From the human T2T-CHM13v2.0 reference genome, Homo sapiens, in assembly GCF_009914755.1 (NCBI RefSeq), contig NC_060936.1: 64,000 nucleotides of DNA, one strand, 5' to 3'. The notes beneath the pieces were generated by a model. It ran no database searches. It was not told the DNA's origin and saw only the letters and a program-made list of their open reading frames with translations. Each line of letters begins with the position of its first letter. The stretch's first letter is position 1. This document shows, piece after piece, positions 55,210 through 64,000 of this stretch. The translations under genes were made by a program, and so were the position numbers.

Positions 55210-55880
55210 CAATAATATTCAATACATATTTGTTGATAGCTTATTCTGTAGCAGGCATTGAACAAGCCAATGGGATTCAAATAAGCATTTACTCTAGGAT
55301 GTGAACCATCTCCTGAGGTACTGAGTATGTTCCCCAGTACTTGTGTAACTAGAGTACATTAAATCTGATTGCAATTAGTTACACTCAGTGGCATTCATTC
55401 TGGATAATCTTCACTGAGGAGCTACATTCTAGCTGCTACAGAGTAAAAGAAGGATAGTTCAGATAGATGGAATAGATTAAGCAAAAGTGAGAAGTAATGA
55501 ATGAGAATTTGGGAAGAAACAGGAAGCTCAACATGTCAAGATGTTGAAGAACATGACCTGAGATCAAGATGAAAATGCAGACTGAAAAAGAATTACCAAA
55601 ATCTTGAATACCATGTTAAGGAATTAGGTTTTATGTTTCTACCCCCATGAAGGGAAACGCCACTGAATATTTTTGAGAGGAGTAGCATATCAGATTTAGA
55701 AAGTTAGCTTGTATAGAATTGTTGAAAATGTATTAAATGAAGAAAAATCTGGAAGCAAAGAGGCTGGTTAGGAAGGCAATGAATTATGTCAAACAAGTAG
55801 GAGATATGGACCTTAAGCTGGGGTGATGATCATGACAAGAGCGGCAAAGCTGAGAAACTTTTCAATCTAGGTAATGAAAG
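55210..55880 (-). mobile_element. L2 fragments
   Basis: attcaatacatatttgttgatagcttattctgtagcaggcattg; gttaaggaattaggttttat; gaggctggttaggaaggc. Confidence 0.65.
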
Positions 55881-56355
55881 GTTGGTAGTTGAATAACCCC
55901 TGGTACTTCCACAGTTTCTATACTATACTACCTGCTTCAGGTATACCCTGCTTACAGAGATGATTCTTTGAAAAATGTTTTTATTTATTGTTTAAGTTGA
56001 TGGCTAACGAGAACTGAATTGGGATCACCACACTGATGTTTGCATTTAGCTTCTAGGGTCACCTTTCATTTAATCATTTACTAGCTTTTTTAACTTGACT
56101 CATTTTATCCTCAAAATGTTTACTTCACTTTGTGATCTTTTTCGTTCCATTGTTGTTCCCATCTCTCACTTCATAGATCATGCATCCGTGTGTCACAGAT
56201 TCTTATGGTGGGAGATTAACACCCATTGGAAATGATATGGGCAGCTATTTTTATCTTTGGAAGAATACTTTCAGTGGAATAATGGCTACCCAACCCATAC
56301 ATAGTTCATCAGTAGGGAAATATGAGAAGTTAAAGCCAGTAAGGTAGAACATTTA

Positions 56356-56649
<294 letters not shown>

Positions 56650-57749
56650 TTATCATTTTATTTAAGGGAGACGTTATGATCTTCCTATTTCTTGCTTTGT
56701 TTTGTTATTGTTTCTTTTTTGTTTGCTTTTATTTTTTAGTGTGAAAAGAGAAAACAATGGAGAAGGAGAAAGAGCAAGAGAGAATAATGATCAATATGTA
56801 AAGTGTTATGGATTTAATTTCTATTTTTAATATGAGATCATGTCTTATTAAATTAAGTATCAATAAGTGTTAATAAATAATTATTGAGAAGTATCAATAC
56901 ATAATATATAACAAGACATATCAATAAACAAATAAATGTTTAAACATGGTCCGTTATAAACAATTATATTCTAATATAAGAAAATGTGATATCCAATTCA
57001 GTGGTTGACATTTGGGAAATGCTCAATATGGTTATGAAGAATGAATTGAATCAATAAAGAAACGATTTTCTTTATGTAAGGCAACCCTCTAGGGAATCCA
57101 GTGAGGCCACATACTAAGAACCACCATTGTACTTTCATTCTTATTTCAATCAGTTAGAAATGCTTGCTTTTCATCTTCTTGTGAATTTTTCCTAAACTGT
57201 CAGTAGATGCGACGTAAGTGGGTCTTAATTCTTTCTTTGGATATTTGGCATACCCTTATGATGTTTGGCATACTCATAAAATGATTTATGAAATAATGAC
57301 TGCTTTTCATTAATGTAGTACATCTTTTATTATTTTATATGAGCCATTAATATTTGAAATAACAATTATCACTTTTACCACTTATTTAGCCATTACTGTG
57401 TGTCAGGAACACAAAGAGGAATGAGAAAATCTTTACCCTAAATGGTTTACAGCTTAATAGTGGTCATTGGAGAGAGGTTTATCAATAATCACAACACACT
57501 ACAGCAATGATAAATTTGATATATGTATACCATGTTAGGAGCACATAAATTTAATAAAATTTCTATTCAGCTAACATATATGTATTACTCATCTAGTATA
57601 GATTTGATGGTGTGTTAGATCCATTTTCAGTTTACCAGACAGTCCAAGAGTTCTTAGTCTACTGGGGAAACAAACCCATTTTAATATCCCATGGTAAATG
57701 AAAAATTAGAATAAAAAGAAGTAGCACATAGGACGGCCTGATGACCTCT

Positions 57750-58204
57750 CTGTCAGTTTGTATCCCCCAAGAAACAGAGGCTAATATGGGACTTGATGTA
57801 CAGGAAATTTATTCGAGATAACTCCTTATGAAAGATAAAAGTCGAGGGAGCAAGAATAGGTGAGAAGACCCTTCAGACAACAATATAGGTCTGCCTTTGT
57901 AAAAGGAGAGAGAGGAAAGAAACAATTGGGTAGAAAGGCCCTTAAATTGCAGCAAAGTTCTAAGAAAGTCTTGGCCAGGCTGCTGAGGAATCCCAGAGCA
58001 CAAGTTTCCCATTAGAAAAATTTTTCACAGGGCAAGAAGGAGCACTAATAAACTGCCATGCTTTGTAACTGGCTGGCTGCAGCCCAGAATATATGTGGCC
58101 TGTTTTAGCACAATGATGGATAAAAGAATCGAGAGCTGGGCTGTCAGTCAACTATGTCTGCAGCAGTCAATTCTCTTGAACGAGATCTGATAGGTGACAC
58201 TACA
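57750..58204 (-). mobile_element. LTR16-like ERVL LTR (probable 3' LTR of the adjacent internal sequence)
   Basis: Minus strand has aataaatttcctgtacatcaagtccc...ctctgtttcttggggga at the 3' end and tgtagtg at the 5' end. Confidence 0.65.
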
Positions 58205-58619
58205 GAGACCTACTTTTCCTTTTAGGTTCAGAAGGCCTTTTCTCCATTGGCCCATTGGACTTTCTTCCTTATAGAGAACGTAGAGCAGAGATGTTAGAAA
58301 GATAAACTATAACCTCTGTCACTTCCAGTTGGTCTTGGGAATGCAGCTAATATTCATCCTTTCTGTTATCCAACAGCCATTCTAATTTACCTTAACTCTG
58401 TGCTATCACTAGTCTCACCTCAGAAACCCAGGAAGCTGTGTTACAATTCTTCCGTTGGAGCTCGCATTATCTCTGCACTGCAATGTTTTCCTCCAATATT
58501 CTAGAGTCGTTCATATAGCCAAGAAACATGGCTGTTGGCACTACAGCCTAAACGTGTGATAGAGCCCTTTATTATTTAAGACTTAAAAGTGGTAGCTTTT
58601 AGAGTTATGCAATATATGA

Positions 58620-58954
<335 letters not shown>

Positions 58955-59714
58955 CAGAGCTGTATTCTTAAGTGTAAAATGTGTTGCCTCCAAAACCCAG
59001 TGAGGCTTATGGAAAGTGATTCTTCCTTTTAATTTAATTGTAAAGAATACAGATGCAGCAACTTGCTTTTTTCTTTGAAGGGGTTATTCTCATACACCCT
59101 TGCTCACTGGAGTCCTAAAAATGTCTAGTAAGGTTCCTGAATCATAGGTTTTACCTTCCACACATTGGAAAATATGTGTCTTACCAAAGTCACCAGTCTA
59201 TTAGCCACTTCTCACTTGTACTGTCCAATTAGTATATCGTCAGTGAAATGAATCAATGTGATATTCTGTGGAATTCCCAGTTGGTCCTTGTATCATTACT
59301 TGATTTTATTACAGAAAGCAGGACTGCTAATACAATCTTTTTTAAAAAACTGTAAATATTGTTGTCTATTCTATGTGAACATGAATCTGTTTCTAATCCT
59401 CCCTTCTGGTTGGAATAGAAAAGAACACATTTGCCAAATCAATGGATGAATACCACTTATTTGCTGCCATAATAATATGCTCTCACAATAAACCCCACCT
59501 GGCACAGCAGCTTTAATAGGAATAACACCTTTTTGAATTCATGATCATTTACAGTCATTATCCAGGATCTATTATTTCTGCAGGGGCCAGAACAATGAAT
59601 TATAATAGAGAAACATTAGTCCCTACTACCCCTGCAATGTTTAAGTCTTTAACGGTGAAAAGAATCTCCACCATTTCCCAGCTATGCTCATGAATATGAT
59701 ATTGTTTTGTTTTC

Positions 59715-60600
59715 TTTTGATGTATAATGAACTTTTAAAATTTTAGGATAGATTTATATTTATAGAAAAGTTACAAAGGTCATAGAGGGACGTCCCATAA
59801 AATTCACACAGATTTCGACCTATTAATAACATCTTATTTTAAAAAACATTAATGAACTACTATTGACACATTATTATTAACTAACGTTCACACTTTATTC
59901 ACTTTTTTTAAGTTTAACCTAGTGTCCTTTTTCTGTTTCAGGACAGCATATTGCATTTAGTCATGATGTCTACTTAGGCTCCTGTTGGCTGTGACACTCT
60001 CAGAATTTTCTCTGTTTTTAATGACCTCCACAGTGTTGAGTACTGGTTAGGTATTTTGTAGAATATTCCTCAGTTTGGATACATGTGATGCTTTTTTCAT
60101 GATTAGACTGGGATTATGAGTTTTGGAGAGAAAGACCACAGAAGTGTCATTCTCAGCACATCATAGCAAGAGCAGATACTATTAACATAATTTATCACTG
60201 CTGATGTTAACATCAATCACCTGGCTGAGATAATGTTTATTAAGTTCTCCACTATAAAGTTATTTTCCAACCCCTTCCACACTATACTCATTGGAGAAAA
60301 ATCAAAATGTGCACCCTACACATAAGGAGTAGGAAGTTAGGCTGTATCTCCTTAAAGGTGGAGAATCTTCGCAAATTAGTTGGAATTCCATGACTCTATC
60401 AGGTATTTATCCAATAATTTCTTAATATAAGCATGAACTCAAATATTTATTTTATACTTTTAATTACAATCCAGTACTACTTAAATTTTCCAGCTTTGGC
60501 AACTGAACGCTCTTTCTAGGATCAGCCATGTCTCCAAGGAGCCCTAATTCCTTTAACTGGGGAATGATATTACAAACCAAGATCTGGGTGCTAGATGCTT
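59715..60600 (-). mobile_element. L1MC/L1MB-like 3' UTR fragment
   Basis: catgattagactgggattatgagttttggagagaaagaccacagaagtg and aaaccaagatctgggtgctag are antisense to motifs in the L1MC at 4100-5200. Confidence 0.8.
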
Positions 60601-62989
60601 TTTATTTACTATCTTAACATGCACGGGAAAGGAGCAGTTTCAGACACTTCTTTCAGTCCTGCTTCACTTTGAAAGTTCCTACCTCACAGGACAAGTAATC
60701 AAAGTGGAGTTACTCCAACTTCCAGGCATGTCAATTCCAATGATACACTCAGAGATTAGGGGAATGTCCACCGAGTGGGTCCACATATCTAGAAAATGCA
60801 CATAAGCCTGCTTGGACTTTAGCCAGGATCTGTCTATTATCTGGCCCTGTCAGCTCCCACTCTAACAAAGGGCCATTATGATCCTTTGGATCTCCCTATA
60901 TAAGCATCAATTCAGATTCTGTATCTGTCAGTTTTTGAAATGTCTGTGTATTCTGCTTTTCCCAGTGAAAAATCACCTGAATAAATAGCTATCCTTTCAG
61001 GGAAGGCCAGGGAATAATTACAATTTATATTTATTACAATGTTTCAGGGCCCTTCTCTCAATGGGTTCTGGAACTGAATAGTGTCTCAGGTTCAGGAACT
61101 GAGCAGGATATTGTGACCTTTCATTAGGAGGACCACTTTCAGGTTCCTGTTCCTCCATTCTTTTTTTCAGGTCATAGACATTACTTGGGACCATTACTGG
61201 CTACCCGTCTGTTTTGCCCTAGTCTGCCATTCTCTGCTAACAATCTACACAACTCATTGCTGGTGAAGCCCCCTTGACTGTTTCTCCGACCTTGCTGATG
61301 CTCAAGGTATTTGTGATTCCCTGCCTCATTGTGATTAAGCACTGCCACCTGGCTTCCATACTCTGGGATCAATCAATCCTCAAGGATGTTAAGTCCAATT
61401 CTGTATCAGCCGAACCTACTGTATCAGCCATGTCCTGTAGAAAAGAGACACCACTGAATTTTCTCATACTGCATAAGCCCATCTCAGCAGCAGATTCCTG
61501 AAGGCCTTCATGAATGGCATACAATCTATTCCAGCACTTTTTTTTTTTTTTTTTTGGTGTGGCTTTAGTCTACCAGGTACCAGGGTGATTCGGCCATTCT
61601 CACTTCATTCTGAACAAGCCATTACCCTCATCCTAAGAGTAAGTTTGTTCCCAATTACTAGGATTCTTGATAGGTGGTTAAATCCTATGTCCTAAAAAAG
61701 TGCCCATAATTCATTGAATTCATGCTTATCCAATTTTATGTTCGGATCAAGTACCCTCAAAATATTAATCTGAGGAGTACTTTTCTGGCTCCAACTGGTA
61801 CATGTTAAATAATTCTTGTATATGCCTTGGTGTGTAATTTATTTGTTTTCTTACAAGTCCCAGCATGTCTCCTATTGTTACTCAAATACTCTATCATCTT
61901 AGTAAATCAAGTATTAACTGATAACAATATGCTTAAATAAACACTAGACAATGCTGGGACTATAAATAGAGTACACAATAGGTTCCTTGTCTTCAATGGA
62001 TAAGGAACTTATCTTTTATAAATAAATTCATGGTAGAGATAACTTGAAAAATTGCTATCAATAAAACCTCTGAATATATGCAATTGTCCAAGACTCCAAA
62101 GTATGCTGTGTCATAGGGGGTTTTACTCATCTGATCATATGTGGTTTTAGCTAAGTTTGTATTTATAGACATAAAGCTCTTCCTTCATAATTATGTGGAA
62201 GAAAGCTGTGTCTCTGTTGTCATGTCAGCAAAGAAGGAAGAATCACTAACAGAGAAACCATAATGAACTATTATGTAAAAGAAAATCCAGATAATATAAT
62301 ATGTTAATATATTAACATGCCTGCCATGAATCTGCCAAAATAATGTCAAAATGCTTTCAAGTACATTATTAAATTGAATGATATAGTATGAATGTTAGTA
62401 TCTTCACTGTTGAGTAAATTATCAAAGACCCAGATTGAAGTAATTGATCAAGTCAAGCTTAATCTCTTATTAATCCTATCCTGTGTGATTTCATATATCA
62501 TATTTCTATAAATAAATAAGAAAAGTGGCATTTTTAATTGCCAAAATATTTAACAATTCACTTTGGTCAAAAATATAATCTAAAAACCAAAACATGAAAG
62601 ATATGACATATGACTTAATTGACTTTTGCCAAGAATCAATGTAATATATGTAATAACATACATTTTATGTATGATTAAAATAATACATGCACAAAATGTC
62701 ATGCAGATGAAGAGTCTTATCACTCTTCTCAGAAGGCTCAGAAAAGTTTAATTTTAGTATCCCTTTTTCTCTCCCTTTCCATTCTGGGACACTGCTTCGT
62801 TTTATTAATAACTTTATTTTCTAGTATTTTAGCTTCTACAGGTCAACATCATAGAGGTCATTTTATTCCTGAAATAAGGATTTGCTTCAAAAACAAAAAA
62901 GGACTAGAAGACTAAATAACTAGCAGCAGAAATTCTCACTTTGCAGGACATGATTGTCAGCATTGATACATGGTCTTCATCTCTCAAAT

Positions 62990-63357
62990 TATATAATTTA
63001 TGTATTAATATGTTTGACCCCTTCAAATCTCATGTTGAAATTTGATCCCCAGTGTTGGGAGGTAGGGCCTAATGAGAGGTGTTTAGATCATAGGAGTGGA
63101 TCCCTCATGAATGGCCTGTTGCCGCCCTCACAGCAATGAGTGAGTTCTTGCTCTGTTAGTTCCAGCGATACCTGGTTGTTTAACAGAGTTTGGTACCTCC
63201 CTCCCCTCTTGCCCTGCTCTCTTGCCATGTGATCCCTGCAAAAGCTGGCTCCCCTTCACCTTCCACCATGAGTGGAAGCAGCCTGTGGCCTTCACCAGAA
63301 GCAGGTGCTGGAGCCATGCTTTTTGTACAGACTGCAGAACACTGAGCCAAATAAATC
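62990..63357 (+). mobile_element. MST-family LTR, interrupted by L1PA
   Basis: aaatctcatgttgaaatttgatccccagtgttgg...gagccaaataaatc. Confidence 0.85.
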
Positions 63358-64000
63358 TTTTTTTTTAATTTTAATTTTAATTTTACTTTAAGTTCCGGGA
63401 TACATGTGCAGAATGTGCAGGTTTGTTATGTAGGTACACATGTGGCATGGTGGTTTGCTGCACCTATCAACCCGTCATCTGGGTTTTAAATTCTGCATGC
63501 ATTAGGTATTTGTCCTAATGCTCTCCCTCCCCTTTCCCCCTACCCCTCTACAGGCCACTGCATGTGATGCTCCCCTCCCTGTGTCCATGTGTTCTCATTG
63601 TTCAACTCCGCTTATGAGTGAGAATATGCAGGGTTCGGTTTTCTGTTCCTGTGTTAGTTTGCTGAGAATGATGGCTTCCAGCTTCATCCATGTCCCTGCA
63701 AAGGACATGATCTCATTCTTTTTTATGGCTGCATAGTGTTCCATGGTGTACATGTGACACATGTTCTTTATCCAGTCTATCTTTGATGAGCTTTTGGGTT
63801 GTCTCCAAGTCTTTGCCATTGTTAATAGTGCTGCAATAAGCACTACTTATTGCATGTGTCTTTATAGTAGAATGATTCATAATCCTTTGGGGATACACCC
63901 AGTAATGGGATTGCTAGTCAAATGGTATTCTTGGTTCTAGATCCTTGAGGAATCACCACACTGTCTTCCACATTGGATGAACTAATTTACACTCTCACCA
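63358..64000 (-). mobile_element. L1PA (PA7/PA8-like) 3' end, continuing beyond the window
   Basis: Poly-T plus antisense 3'UTR. The ORF at 63595-63843 is the L1 ORF2 C-terminus (IKKNEIMSFAGTWMKLEAIILSKLTQEQKT). Confidence 0.93.

Noticed and set aside
62301-62318. 18-bp palindrome atgttaatatattaacat
   Set aside because: Low-complexity AT-rich sequence with no other support.

Overview
AT-rich, repeat-dense non-coding DNA from a hominoid (human-like) genome, either intergenic or deep intronic. No intact protein-coding gene, RNA gene or CRISPR array is supported, and nearly all ORFs in the track come from Alu, L1 or LTR sequence or are chance. Repeats include 12 Alus (J, S and Y types), old L1M and young L1PA pieces, L2/MIR relics, MaLR/ERVL LTRs and DNA-transposon fossils. 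There is also a two-LTR, pol-less ERV1 provirus (22527-27893) with nested Alu and L1PA2 insertions, a solo LTR12 lacking its promoter segment, and an ancient ERVL provirus. The most notable item, invisible in the ORF track, is a very old, heavily decayed processed pseudogene of HSP90AB1 on the minus strand (~52634-53918). Several local duplications, one long inverted repeat and weak minus-strand exon candidates are also reported. I found no evidence of a novel biological system. Repeat subfamily names and identity figures come from recalled consensus motifs and comparison by eye, and need RepeatMasker/Dfam confirmation.
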